43,242 bases of DNA from Promethearchaeota archaeon (lineage in GTDB: Archaea > Asgardarchaeota > Lokiarchaeia > Sigyniarchaeales > SOKP01). The stretch lies in NCBI GenBank assembly GCA_016839705.1, contig JAEOTR010000043.1:1-43242 (forward strand), written 5' to 3'. Each line of letters opens with the position of its first letter. The stretch's first letter is position 1. The notes under the pieces are model-generated. The model saw only the letters and a program-made list of their open reading frames with translations, had not been told where the DNA came from and ran no database searches. Of this stretch, positions 19,089 through 29,311 are shown in pieces. Position numbers and translations under genes: made by a program.

Positions 19089-19517
19089 TTAATTTTTCAT
19101 AAATTCATATAATTTTTTCAAAATCTGGTTTTGTACAATTAAACCAATTAATTGACCATTATCATTTACAACAGGCAAACGCTGGATTTTTTTTTCAAAC
19201 ATCAAATTTAATATATTTCTTACCGTTTCATCGCTTTTAACAACAAAAGGTTCGGAAGTCATTAAATCTTTAACAGTGGTATTAGGTGACTCTAAACTCA
19301 TGGCAAACCTAGCTAAACGTATATCTCTTTGGGTGATTATACCAATAAGTTGCTGATTTTTCTGATCTTTTACGACAGGAAGTCCACCTATTTCTTTTCT
19401 TAGCATTAAAATTTCCGTTTTACTAATTTTTTCATTTGGGGTTAAAAAAATGGGATTTTTCACCATTATCTCGGAAGCTTTTATTTCACCAAATTGCTGT
19501 AAGCGATCTTCCCCCAT
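19089..19517 (-). CDS. CBS-domain pair protein
   Basis: IGGLPVV...GIITQRDI and IQRLPVVND.GQLIGLI. Confidence 0.92.
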   Translation of the reverse strand: MGEDRLQQFGEIKASEIMVKNPIFLTPNEKISKTEILMLRKEIGGLPVVKDQKNQQLIGIITQRDIRLARFAMSLESPNTTVKDLMTSEPFVVKSDETVRNILNLMFEKKIQRLPVVNDNGQLIGLIVQNQILKKLYEFMKN

Positions 19518-19625
19518 TTTTAATCTCCGTGTTAGTACACTTTATATGGTTTATAACTAAACATTTCCTATTACATTTTACTAATATTATTGAAAATAAT
19601 CATCCCTAAAATTAAAATTTATTTG

Positions 19626-20006
19626 TTAATTAGTTTTCACTGTTTCTTCCAGATTTAGTGCGATGTTATTTAATTCTTTTGAGTAATCATTATATTTTTG
19701 TAAGATATAGCTCCCCCACTCATTTAATTTAACCCAGCCCCCACCTCCAGAACCGCCCTTACCAGTTATCACGACGGCCATTCCAGTTCTTTTTTCAATT
19801 CTCTTTAGAATATTCCATGCATATTTATAAGAATAATTACACTCTTTAGCTGCTTGTGTTAAAGAACAGTCTTTATTTCTATCTATATTTTTAAGCAAAT
19901 TGGCCCATCCTTTGCCTAGGATACTTTGATCCTCGAATTCTAACCACAATTTTATTCTAAAACTGAGTTTAGATTTTAATTTATCAATCTTGGGTTCTTT
20001 AGCCAT
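19626..20006 (-). CDS. ModE-family winged-helix regulator (DNA-binding domain only)
   Basis: KLWLE...ILGKG..LLKNI...SLTQAAKECNYSYKYAW...GKGGSGGGG; no TOBE domains. Confidence 0.85.
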   Translation of the reverse strand: MAKEPKIDKLKSKLSFRIKLWLEFEDQSILGKGWANLLKNIDRNKDCSLTQAAKECNYSYKYAWNILKRIEKRTGMAVVITGKGGSGGGGWVKLNEWGSYILQKYNDYSKELNNIALNLEETVKTN

Positions 20007-20099
20007 AATTATTATTAATTTTTTCAATATTAATATTTATATTTTTTATAAGAAAAACATTAAATTCAAGATAATTTAATAGGGTTAAGTGAATAGATC

Positions 20100-20852
20100 A
20101 TGATGTTTTTTGAAAAAGACGAATCAGAAAAAACAGGGAAAGAGGTTATCAAGAATCTATTCTTTTTCTCTGAAAATCAAATGCTAGATTGTAACCAATA
20201 TATTGTTAAAAATGAAGACACTAGTGAATTAATCTTATTTGATGCCGGAAATGGAATATCTCTAGCAGGTTTCTTTAAAGGGATGGAAAAATTGAACCTA
20301 AATTATGAAAACATAACGAAAGTGTTTCTAACACATGAGCACGTGGACCATGTTCTTGGAGTTTATAAATTAATGAATATATTGAAAAACAATCCACCTG
20401 AAATTTTTGCCTATGGCGCTACTACTAAAACATTAGAAGAAGGCGATGAAACAAAGATTCTACCCATAGCTTTAGGTATTACTGCCAGACGATTAGGAGT
20501 TGAAATTATTCCATTAAAAGTAAATGACTTAAGTCAAATTAAAGAAATTAGGATATCCTCGGAATTCAAGTTTCAGATCCACTATACTCCCGGTCATTCT
20601 TTAGGTTCAATATGTTATTATGAACCTGAGAAAAGAGTTTTGATCCCCGGGGATCTTGTTTTCAAGGGAGGGAGTTTTGGAAGATATGATTTTCCAGGAG
20701 GTTCATTAAAGACATTAATAAATTCAATAAAGTATGTAAAAGAACTAGACGTTACATATCTCCTCCCAGGACATATGGGAATATCTGAAAACGGTAATAA
20801 AAACATTGAACTTTCATATAGGATGATCAAATCAATGGGTTCTTTCTATTGA
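20100..20852 (+). CDS. Metallo-beta-lactamase-fold hydrolase
   Basis: THEHVDH, TPGHS, GD and PGH motifs. Confidence 0.92.
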   Translation: MMFFEKDESEKTGKEVIKNLFFFSENQMLDCNQYIVKNEDTSELILFDAGNGISLAGFFKGMEKLNLNYENITKVFLTHEHVDHVLGVYKLMNILKNNPPEIFAYGATTKTLEEGDETKILPIALGITARRLGVEIIPLKVNDLSQIKEIRISSEFKFQIHYTPGHSLGSICYYEPEKRVLIPGDLVFKGGSFGRYDFPGGSLKTLINSIKYVKELDVTYLLPGHMGISENGNKNIELSYRMIKSMGSFY

Positions 20853-21081
20853 TTGACAAGCAAATTAAATTCTAAATGATCTTCAGAGAGTTTTCATTTA
20901 AATTTTGAAACAGTTAAAAGTTTATAGTAAATCTTTTAAGCTTAGAATTCAGATTAGAATTTTTCCAAATCTCTTTTTAAGGTAATTCTAAACGATACTA
21001 ATATTTAAATAACACATCTTTCTATTATTTCTTATAATCCTCTTTAAATTATAAAAAAATAAGGATTAGTGAAAATTTATT

Positions 21082-21753
21082 ATGTCTGAACAAAAAAAAC
21101 CAACTAAACACCCTACTGAAATTTATATCAGGAGCTACCCTAAAGTTATCTTTTTCTGGCCTCTTTTGATCGTTAGCTTTATTCTATGGATCATTCAATT
21201 TGTAAGTGCCAATCCCATCCCAATATTAGGTACCGTGTGGTTTATTGTCTTTTTTATTAATATATTTATCACGGCTTTTGACTTTTCTTCGACTAAATTC
21301 TTTGTTTTAATTCTGGCAATTGTGATTATACTACTACTTGTCGTTTTCTTAGTTCTCCCAAATTTTGCGATATCATTGAATTTGGGAACAATCGACCTGA
21401 GTTTATCCTGGCAGTTCTATTTGGCTATGACCTTAGTTCTCGTTTTTATTTTAGGAATTGTCCTTATTAGCACAAGATTCGATTATTATAAAATTGAAAG
21501 AAATGAAATTATCCATAAATCTGGTATTTTTAGCTCAGCTGAAAGATTTCCTGTAAAGAGCTTAAGATTCAAGAAAGAGATTCCTGATGTTTTTGAGTTT
21601 TTCTTGCTACGGGCCGGCTCTATGACCATAGACCCAGGACACACAGACGAAGTCATGATTTTGCCCACTGTCTTAAATATTAATAAAGTAGAAAAAAACC
21701 TTGATTGGTTACTTAGTCACGTGTCAGTCGAACCCGACGAAATTGATCAGTAA
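21082..21753 (+). CDS. Four-TM membrane protein with a C-terminal soluble (bPH-like) domain
   Basis: Four hydrophobic segments followed by NEIIHKSGIF...KEIPDVFEFFLLRAG. Confidence 0.6.
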   Translation: MSEQKKPTKHPTEIYIRSYPKVIFFWPLLIVSFILWIIQFVSANPIPILGTVWFIVFFINIFITAFDFSSTKFFVLILAIVIILLLVVFLVLPNFAISLNLGTIDLSLSWQFYLAMTLVLVFILGIVLISTRFDYYKIERNEIIHKSGIFSSAERFPVKSLRFKKEIPDVFEFFLLRAGSMTIDPGHTDEVMILPTVLNINKVEKNLDWLLSHVSVEPDEIDQ

Positions 21754-21863
21754 ACAAAAAAATGAAATTTCATAAATTTCTCAATTTTTTTTTAATATTT
21801 TCTTTCTTTTGAAATTATTGAATAGTTAAATTTAAGTTGTAAAACGTACTTTTAAATACACCC

Positions 21864-22589
21864 ATGACTCACCCACCAATAATACTGTTTGATTTCGATG
21901 GTATTATTATCACTCAAAAATCTTTAGAATACACGGCTTCCTTATTTTTAAAAAGTCGATTCTACAACTGGAAAAACGTTGAGAATTTAAGACTTATCGA
22001 TTTAGCACGAATTTTTGAAGAAGCAGATTCAAAAAATAAAATAAAAGCACTGCTAAAAATAGTCAAAATCTATAAGGATTATATCCCGAGTTTATGGAAG
22101 AGATTGCTATTTTTTATGAGATTTAGGTGTACTTATCCACGATACGAAAAATATGAAAAAATAAAACCTAATTTAGAGAAGGTCTTAATTAATCTTAAAG
22201 AGAATAATTTCATTTTAGGGATTGTCTCTAATACTCGTGGGGAACGGATAAGAGATTTCATTCAAAAATTTAATATAGAACAGTTTTTTTCAGTATTTAT
22301 TTCTCGAGACGATACGCCTTTTAGAAAACCAGATCCATTTCCATTATTTGCTGCTTTAAAGGCAATCAAACGAGAATTTAAAATTACAATAGAAAAAGAA
22401 AATGTGTATTATATTGGTGACCTTCCTCATGATATTCAATGTGCTAAGAACGCAGAAATTAATAGTATTGCTTTAATTTCTGGTCATGGGACAAAGACAA
22501 GTTTAATTAATTCAAACCCGACTTTTCTGATTCAAGATATTAAGGAAATTTTGGAAATTGAACCTATCAAAAAATTCTTATTAGATTAA
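21864..22589 (+). CDS. HAD-superfamily hydrolase (phosphoglycolate phosphatase-like)
   Basis: FDFDG, VSN, KPDP and YIGD..HD motifs. Confidence 0.9.
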   Translation: MTHPPIILFDFDGIIITQKSLEYTASLFLKSRFYNWKNVENLRLIDLARIFEEADSKNKIKALLKIVKIYKDYIPSLWKRLLFFMRFRCTYPRYEKYEKIKPNLEKVLINLKENNFILGIVSNTRGERIRDFIQKFNIEQFFSVFISRDDTPFRKPDPFPLFAALKAIKREFKITIEKENVYYIGDLPHDIQCAKNAEINSIALISGHGTKTSLINSNPTFLIQDIKEILEIEPIKKFLLD

Positions 22590-22628
22590 GGATTACTTTG
22601 CATTAAATTTGTTCAATTTTTAAGAAAA

Positions 22629-25364
22629 ATGTTTAACCTGAAAGAATTTCAAAACAATTTGGTTCTAGAACCTATTGTTGATAAGCTTAACAAATTTCTA
22701 AATAAAAATAAAACTCAAAGGATCATACAATTAATTGGGGAGTTAGAAAATTTATTAGATCAACCTGAGCATGACGTTTCTGTAACTTATATTTTAAGTG
22801 TATTAGCAGAGCATCATATTAATTTTATTTCTCAGGATATTCTCCAAAGAATTTTACCTTTTCTTAAATCTGACAATATCAAATTGAAAGTTAATTCTGT
22901 GATAATTTTTGGCTTTTTCCTAATAAACGAACTAAAATTGCGAAATAATTATTTTCAGGTATTTGCAAAATTGTTAACAGACGATTCTAAAGATATTAGA
23001 GACAATGTTCATTTTTTTTTCACGGAACTTGTAAAAAAAGATCCTGATTTAGTCAATTCGATTAAAGATATTATATTAAAAAGTCTTTCTCTTGAAAATA
23101 ATAGAGAAAATGTTATGTCTTTGTTAAAAATACTAGATTTTTGCAAAGAATTAACTTTTGATGAGCTATTTTTGTTTCGCAGAATATCAAAATCATTAAT
23201 TACTTCTTTCCATAATGAGAAAAGTAAAGAAATTTATAATGAAATTGTAAAACTTATTGAGAGGTTTTTCCCCTCTTTATCCTTAGAGGGACAAGCATTA
23301 GAATCCCTTGAAATTAAAAGCTTATTAAATTTATTAGATAAACAATTTCTTATGAAAAAAACAGATTTCACAGAGATTTTAAAAAATACTGAGATTAGTT
23401 TAAAAGATTATTTAAAAGAGCTCAATAAATCAATTGAGCGAGAAAATAAAATATACTTCTATACAAAAACAAAGAAAAATACTATATTTGTTTACGAACT
23501 TGAACTAAATAAACTTGTTAACCTTTTTGAGCGAAGTATAAAAATATCACACGAGAAAATACGACAAACTTTCTTTGAAATAATACAAAATGATGTAGAA
23601 CTGAAGAATTTTGTAAATACATTAATTAAATTAAAGATAATTGATGGATACTATTCTGATATAGGATTTTTTTATTCAACCAGCTATATTAAATCCAGTC
23701 TGGTAAGTGATTTAAACAAAAAAGGAATCATAAAACTGGACAAATTTAATTTCATTCCTCCTCAAGTCCTAGGAGATATAATAAAGGATATTAGGATTTC
23801 CCAAAAGGATGACTTACTTCTTGGTAAAAATAAGATTACCTATTATTCATTAAAAATGATTCAAGAACAAATTAATAGAGAAGCGACAAAGAATAGTGTC
23901 GTTGATTTAAAAAGATATAGAGAAAGTATTACTGAAGAAGATTTTATTAATCTTATTAAAAATTTACCACGAGATTATTTATCTAATTATCATAAAGGAA
24001 CCCAATGGTTAACTAATCTAGGGACTCTTAGAATATCAAAAGAAATACAAAGCTCGAAAGTATTTGGATTCTTTGATATCCCAAAGAACTCAAAAAAGCT
24101 AAATATCGGGCAAATCTTACTATATGATGTGTTTGTTAATATTATTGATGATAGAAGTGGGATTTGGGATAAAAATAAAGAAGTTTTTTACTTCTCTAAA
24201 TATTTAACGGAAAAAATCGAAAAATTAAGCTCAATTTCAGATGAATCAGAAAAGAAAATACAAATTGAAATATTAGCTAAAAATCTTAATATCAATAAAA
24301 ATCACATCGAGACTAAGTTAGATGAAAATCTTAAATTAATTGCGGAAGAAATAATGACAAAAGATCAAATAGAAATTAAAGAATATCTTGAAAAAACCGG
24401 GATGGATTTAGAAGTTTTCATGAATTTTATTGATGAATTAGAAATTAGTTACTTTAGGAAAGTGGATCTACTTATTTTTAAAGAGGAAAAAATTGAGGAG
24501 GCAAAGAATGATATCAGGTATATGTTGTTAGATAGATCAAAATCTGAAGAATTTCTCGATCTAGGAAATTTTGATATTAAATCGAATTTAATAAAAGATT
24601 TAATATTTGATTTACTTAAGGATGGAAAATTGAAAGGATTATTCTATGAAAATGAGGGAGAGCTTCTTTTTTATACAGAAAGAGGAATTCGTAATATGAT
24701 GTTAGAAAATAGTTTCCTCTTTTCATTTAAAGATTTGTTCTATGGAAAAGAATTAAGTTTAGAAGAAATTGACTTAATGAGAAATATATTTGATGATCTA
24801 GTTACCAGAAAAAAATTAAGAGGAAATTTCGATGAGGAATCACTAACATTCTCAAGTGATGAGATTTTATTTGCTAAGGATTATAATACAGTTCTATTTG
24901 AATTTGAGAAAACCGTGAATAGTTATATTCAAACGTTTGAATCGGAATATAATAAAATTAAGAAGATATTGACTAAAAAAGAGGAAACGATATTTCCACA
25001 AGAAATTAAATTAATACAAGAAATTATTGATAAAATAAATGGGAATTATGTGTGGTGGAGAAATGGTTTAGACGCCTTTATCCGGAGAGCTAATGAGAAA
25101 TTATTAAAAGAACAAGGTGTTAGTGTTAAAAAGTATAAACGTATGTTCTCCACTGAGCAAAGAGAGGAGATTAAATCATTTGAAGAAGATCCAGAAGTGT
25201 TTGATCATTTAAATAATTTTAAATCCTGGGTAAAGGTTTTTAATAAGCTCGAAGTAAAATATCCAAGTGTAATCTTTTACCATAAGCGCACATCCACTAA
25301 TCCGGGTGATACGGAATCAAATAAAAAGCTACAGGAATTATTAAAGGAATTAATTTTGAATTAA
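22629..25364 (+). CDS. Large HEAT/ARM-repeat plus tandem winged-helix (PCI/UFL1-like) protein
   Basis: N-terminal HEAT repeats (LLTDDSKDIRDN); repeated motifs LIKLKIIDGYY, LLKDGKLKGLF, LVTRKKLRGNFD; helical C-terminus. Confidence 0.6.
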   Translation: MFNLKEFQNNLVLEPIVDKLNKFLNKNKTQRIIQLIGELENLLDQPEHDVSVTYILSVLAEHHINFISQDILQRILPFLKSDNIKLKVNSVIIFGFFLINELKLRNNYFQVFAKLLTDDSKDIRDNVHFFFTELVKKDPDLVNSIKDIILKSLSLENNRENVMSLLKILDFCKELTFDELFLFRRISKSLITSFHNEKSKEIYNEIVKLIERFFPSLSLEGQALESLEIKSLLNLLDKQFLMKKTDFTEILKNTEISLKDYLKELNKSIERENKIYFYTKTKKNTIFVYELELNKLVNLFERSIKISHEKIRQTFFEIIQNDVELKNFVNTLIKLKIIDGYYSDIGFFYSTSYIKSSLVSDLNKKGIIKLDKFNFIPPQVLGDIIKDIRISQKDDLLLGKNKITYYSLKMIQEQINREATKNSVVDLKRYRESITEEDFINLIKNLPRDYLSNYHKGTQWLTNLGTLRISKEIQSSKVFGFFDIPKNSKKLNIGQILLYDVFVNIIDDRSGIWDKNKEVFYFSKYLTEKIEKLSSISDESEKKIQIEILAKNLNINKNHIETKLDENLKLIAEEIMTKDQIEIKEYLEKTGMDLEVFMNFIDELEISYFRKVDLLIFKEEKIEEAKNDIRYMLLDRSKSEEFLDLGNFDIKSNLIKDLIFDLLKDGKLKGLFYENEGELLFYTERGIRNMMLENSFLFSFKDLFYGKELSLEEIDLMRNIFDDLVTRKKLRGNFDEESLTFSSDEILFAKDYNTVLFEFEKTVNSYIQTFESEYNKIKKILTKKEETIFPQEIKLIQEIIDKINGNYVWWRNGLDAFIRRANEKLLKEQGVSVKKYKRMFSTEQREEIKSFEEDPEVFDHLNNFKSWVKVFNKLEVKYPSVIFYHKRTSTNPGDTESNKKLQELLKELILN

Positions 25365-25654
25365 TTTTTTCGCTTTTTATCTTTCTCGATTTGAGCAAGG
25401 AATTTATCTATTTCTATTTTTTGATCTGTTTGAATTTTATATGTCTTTGGGTTTGTTATTCCATTTAATGCTAATATACCTTTTTCTTCGAGGACTTTTA
25501 GAGCTCTCCAAATGAAATTAATCTGAGAACGATTTGATGATTTGATATTGAAGCATCTTCTAATCTTTTTGGTTGTTACTATATTAACATTGCTCTCAAT
25601 TAGTCTATTAATTGCTACAACTGTATCGCTTAAGTTTTTCATGAAAAAATCCAT
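25361..25654 (-). CDS. Small winged-helix DNA-binding protein
   Basis: INFIWRALKVLEEKGIL....PKTYKI wing motif; stop codon overlaps that of the convergent gene. Confidence 0.7.
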   Translation of the reverse strand: MDFFMKNLSDTVVAINRLIESNVNIVTTKKIRRCFNIKSSNRSQINFIWRALKVLEEKGILALNGITNPKTYKIQTDQKIEIDKFLAQIEKDKKRKN

Positions 25655-25857
25655 TGTTAAAAGAGTTACCCCTCAATTGAAATTAAAAACTTATTCTCTC
25701 CTTGCTGAAATTATAAATTTAAAAAGTAAAATTGATTTTTTGAGTATTATAAAATTATGTTTACGTATATATAAATTTTTTTTTATTTTAAGTCAAATTG
25801 TTTGAAAGGATTAAAGAGTAAAATAGTATAGAGTTGAATTGGTATTGGTTAATTTGC

Positions 25858-27468
25858 TTAATGTCTGAATACTCTCTTCCCACAAAATATTAATGCACAA
25901 CCTAATTCATCAGCTCTTTTAATAATTGAATCATCTCTTATTGATCCACCGGGATTTATTATAGCTTTTGCCCCTGCTTCGACGGCTGCTTCTAAACCAT
26001 CAGCAAAGGGGAAGAAGGAGTCAGTTCCCATAAAGGAATTTCTTAATTCATTTTTATGTCCAAATTCAATTGCTTTTTGGATGGCTAACTTAACTACGTG
26101 CACTCTACTTTGTTGTCCCGCTCCAATTCCAATTGAATAAATTCCATCATCATAAATTTGGGAAAAACATGCTGAATTTGATTTAGCCCATTTTGAAACT
26201 TTATATGCAAAAATCAGTGCTTCTTTCTCGGTTTCATCTACTTTCCTTTCACTCACTACGTTCCATTCTTTGATGATAGATTTGCTATCATATTCTTGAA
26301 TTAGTACACCCCCTAATGTAGATCGTACTTCTAGATTCTTGTAGATTTCATCTCGTTTATCAAGAAAATCACCTATTTTTAATATTCTCATGTTTTGCTT
26401 TTGTTTTAAAATTTCAAGAGCTTCAGGTTCGAATGAAGGGGCTAATAAAACATCTACAAAGACTTTTTCTTTGTTTATGATAAAATCAGCAACCTCTGTA
26501 GTTAATTCTTTATTAACACCCCAGATTCCTCCAAATGCAGACATTGGATCGCAATTGAAAGCTATTTGGACTGATTTTAGCTGATCCTTCTTGTCAAGTG
26601 CTAAACCATTAGGAGATGTATGTTTCAGAATGGCAGTTACATGATGTTCTTGATTAAAATCTAATAACATTTGTACACAAGAGTCAATATCAAGATAATT
26701 GTTAAATGAAATTTCTTTTCCTCCTAATTGTTCAAAATTATGGAGCCCATATTTCGAGGAAATGTCTCTGTAAAATGCGGCAGCTTGTTCCCAATTCTCA
26801 CCATATCTACAATCTTGTACCTTTTCGTAAATTTTTATTATTTGGTTACCTAATTTTATATCGGGATTATAGTAAGTTTGTAAATAACTGGCGATTGCTG
26901 CATTATAGTCTGCCATAATAGCAAATACATCTTGAGCTAATGTGGCTCTAGTGTTATCGGAAATCTTTCCATCATTTTGTCTTAATTCGTTAATTATCTG
27001 AGGATAATACCTTGTATGAGGAACGACGATTACATCTGGAAAATTTTTGGCTGCAGCTCTAATCATTGTAGGACCACCAATATCAATCATCTCTAAAGCT
27101 TCTTCTAACCTTATTCCTGGTTTAGATATTGCTTCCTTGAATTGATAAAGATTACACACTACCATATCTATAGGGGGAATATGATATTTTTGCGCATCTG
27201 CAGCGTCCTTTTCCACATTCCTACGATAAAGAATACCTCCTTCAATTTTTGGATGTAATGTTTTAACTCTCCCCTCAAACATTTCAGGTGATTCTGTATA
27301 TTCAGATATTTTAATAAATTCTATTTCATTTTTCGCTAATAATCTCCCCGTACCCCCAGTTGAAAGAATTTCAACATTAAATTCATTTACTAACACTTTT
27401 ACAAAATCTAAAATTCCTTCCTTATCAAAAACACTAATGATAGCTCTTTTTATTTTCTTCATAAACAA
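25858..27468 (-). CDS. purH: Bifunctional AICAR transformylase/IMP cyclohydrolase
   Basis: STGGT, GRVKTLHP, IDIGGPTMIRAAAKN, RYGEN, SAFGG, KSN, SFFPF.DG, PGGSIRD, RVFRH. Confidence 0.97.
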   Translation of the reverse strand: MFMKKIKRAIISVFDKEGILDFVKVLVNEFNVEILSTGGTGRLLAKNEIEFIKISEYTESPEMFEGRVKTLHPKIEGGILYRRNVEKDAADAQKYHIPPIDMVVCNLYQFKEAISKPGIRLEEALEMIDIGGPTMIRAAAKNFPDVIVVPHTRYYPQIINELRQNDGKISDNTRATLAQDVFAIMADYNAAIASYLQTYYNPDIKLGNQIIKIYEKVQDCRYGENWEQAAAFYRDISSKYGLHNFEQLGGKEISFNNYLDIDSCVQMLLDFNQEHHVTAILKHTSPNGLALDKKDQLKSVQIAFNCDPMSAFGGIWGVNKELTTEVADFIINKEKVFVDVLLAPSFEPEALEILKQKQNMRILKIGDFLDKRDEIYKNLEVRSTLGGVLIQEYDSKSIIKEWNVVSERKVDETEKEALIFAYKVSKWAKSNSACFSQIYDDGIYSIGIGAGQQSRVHVVKLAIQKAIEFGHKNELRNSFMGTDSFFPFADGLEAAVEAGAKAIINPGGSIRDDSIIKRADELGCALIFCGKRVFRH

Positions 27469-27596
27469 TCATTTTACTTATTGGTTGTAAATAATAATAG
27501 TGATTTTACCAAAGTAAAGGTTACTATAGTAAAAAATTAATTAATTGATCCTTAATAAAAAAGCTAAATATCGAGCGAAAAGCAAAGAGATATGTT

Positions 27597-29075
27597 TCAA
27601 AATTTCCCAATTAAATCATGGGGAGCAGTTTCACGTTGACCTACAACAGATACTATACCGAGTGGTACTTTCTTCATATCAGCAATAGATTTAGCTCCTG
27701 CATAAATCATTCCATTTGCTAAACCTTCTTTTAAGGTTGATAATACCCCTAATACATCACCTACATAAGGTACGTAATTAGATACACCCTCTGTTAGCAT
27801 TTTTGAACCCTCTACATATCTATCTGAAATATAACCAGAAGTTCTTGCTTCCTTTGATCCCATACCTCTATAGACTTTTACTTTTCTCCCCGCAATTGTG
27901 TCTATAAAACCTGGAGATTCCTCTGTTCCTGCAAAGAGATGACCTGACATCATTAAATCTGCCCCAGCAGCAAAGGCTTTAGGTAAATCACCTGGATTCT
28001 TAAACCCACCATCTGCAATAAGAGTAAGTTTGGGATTATAATCTTTTATGGCATCTGCCACATGAGCTGTAGCAAATAACGTAGGGGCACCAACTCCTGT
28101 TTGTAAGGAAGTTGTGCATATAGAGCCAGAACCCATTCCTACTTTTAATCCAATAAATCGCTCTTCAACAAAATCTGCTTTGGTGATTAGATACTCCGCT
28201 GCTTGGTATGTACCGATATTTCCTAAAACGAAATCTGATTCTAAAAACTTCATCAATTTTATGGTACCTGTGATATCGTCTATCTTGTAAAAATCTGCAA
28301 CATCAATAAAAAAAATGTCTACATAATCATCTATTTCTTTTAATAATGCTTGGGACTGGGACGAATCTGGAAATCTAGGAGATAAGGCAAGACCACATAA
28401 TAAATGCCCCTGATCATCTTTAGACGCGAAAGGGAACTCTGGAGCTAAATCCTTTTTTGTTATTAAACCTTTTAGCATACCTTTTTCATCAATTATTGGG
28501 AGTTTTTCTTTACGCGATTCATAAAGAATTTTTAAGGCGTCTTCTCGTGTCCCACCTGGTTTAATAGAAATAACGTCTTTAGTCATATAATCTTTTACTA
28601 TTCCATTTTTTATATCATGTTCAAAAAAGGGAATGTCTCTTTTAGTGAAAATTCCACAAACTCTGTTTTCCTCATTAGTAACGAGGATACCGCTTATATT
28701 GTAATTCTCCATCATAAATTTGGCTTTTGAGATTTGAGCATTTGGTCCAATGGTGGCTACGTGCTCGCCATCAATTACGAAAGATCTAGCTCTCTTAACA
28801 ATTCTAACCATTTCTAATTGCCTTTCAAAAGAACAATTTCGATGTAAAACACCAAGACCTCCATGCAGAGCCATATTAATTGCCATATTTTCCTCTGTAA
28901 CAGTGTCCATTGCGGATGACAGTATAGGAAGTTTAAAATGATATTTCCCTAAGGTCGAAGATAAATCAACATCGATAGGAGAAAAATTTGTAAAACCAGG
29001 GAGTATCAGAACGTCATCAAAAGTTGCGATGAGATCATCCGAGTGGATTTTTTTTCTGTAATAATCTGACATCAA
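27597..29075 (-). CDS. guaB: Inosine-5'-monophosphate dehydrogenase with CBS pair
   Basis: TFDDVLILP, SSAMDTVTE, KVGMGSGSICTT (catalytic Cys), IADGG, YRGMGS. Confidence 0.95.
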   Translation of the reverse strand: MMSDYYRKKIHSDDLIATFDDVLILPGFTNFSPIDVDLSSTLGKYHFKLPILSSAMDTVTEENMAINMALHGGLGVLHRNCSFERQLEMVRIVKRARSFVIDGEHVATIGPNAQISKAKFMMENYNISGILVTNEENRVCGIFTKRDIPFFEHDIKNGIVKDYMTKDVISIKPGGTREDALKILYESRKEKLPIIDEKGMLKGLITKKDLAPEFPFASKDDQGHLLCGLALSPRFPDSSQSQALLKEIDDYVDIFFIDVADFYKIDDITGTIKLMKFLESDFVLGNIGTYQAAEYLITKADFVEERFIGLKVGMGSGSICTTSLQTGVGAPTLFATAHVADAIKDYNPKLTLIADGGFKNPGDLPKAFAAGADLMMSGHLFAGTEESPGFIDTIAGRKVKVYRGMGSKEARTSGYISDRYVEGSKMLTEGVSNYVPYVGDVLGVLSTLKEGLANGMIYAGAKSIADMKKVPLGIVSVVGQRETAPHDLIGKF

Positions 29076-29146
29076 TATTCACCAATTTAAAGATATTTTA
29101 TTATTTGTTTCTGAATTAAAATAGTAAAAAGCTTTGAATTTTAATA

Positions 29147-29275
29147 ATAAAGATGATTTAGTTTATAAAACTTTGTGTATGATATAACGCTTTAATCTTG
29201 TTGTTAAAGAAGATTTAGTAAAATAATAGGAAAAAAAAAATTTAAAAATTAAAATGCTAGCTCTCGTTTTTGAAA
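29147..29275. repeat. Direct repeat copy A (permease 3' end FQKRELAF*, T-tract and guaB TATA region)
   Basis: The 22-bp ATGCTAGCTCTCGTTTTTGAAA at 29254-29275 is identical to 30944-30965. Looser similarity extends left to ~29147 at the same 1690-bp offset. Confidence 0.85.
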
Positions 29276-29311
29276 GAAAATTATATCTAATTAATAATTC
29301 AATTCAGCCAA

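Noticed and set aside
20865-20965. Weak inverted repeats (AAATTCTAA/TTAGAATTT) suggesting a MITE
   Set aside because: Short, AT-only, with no target duplication or second copy; expected by chance at this composition.
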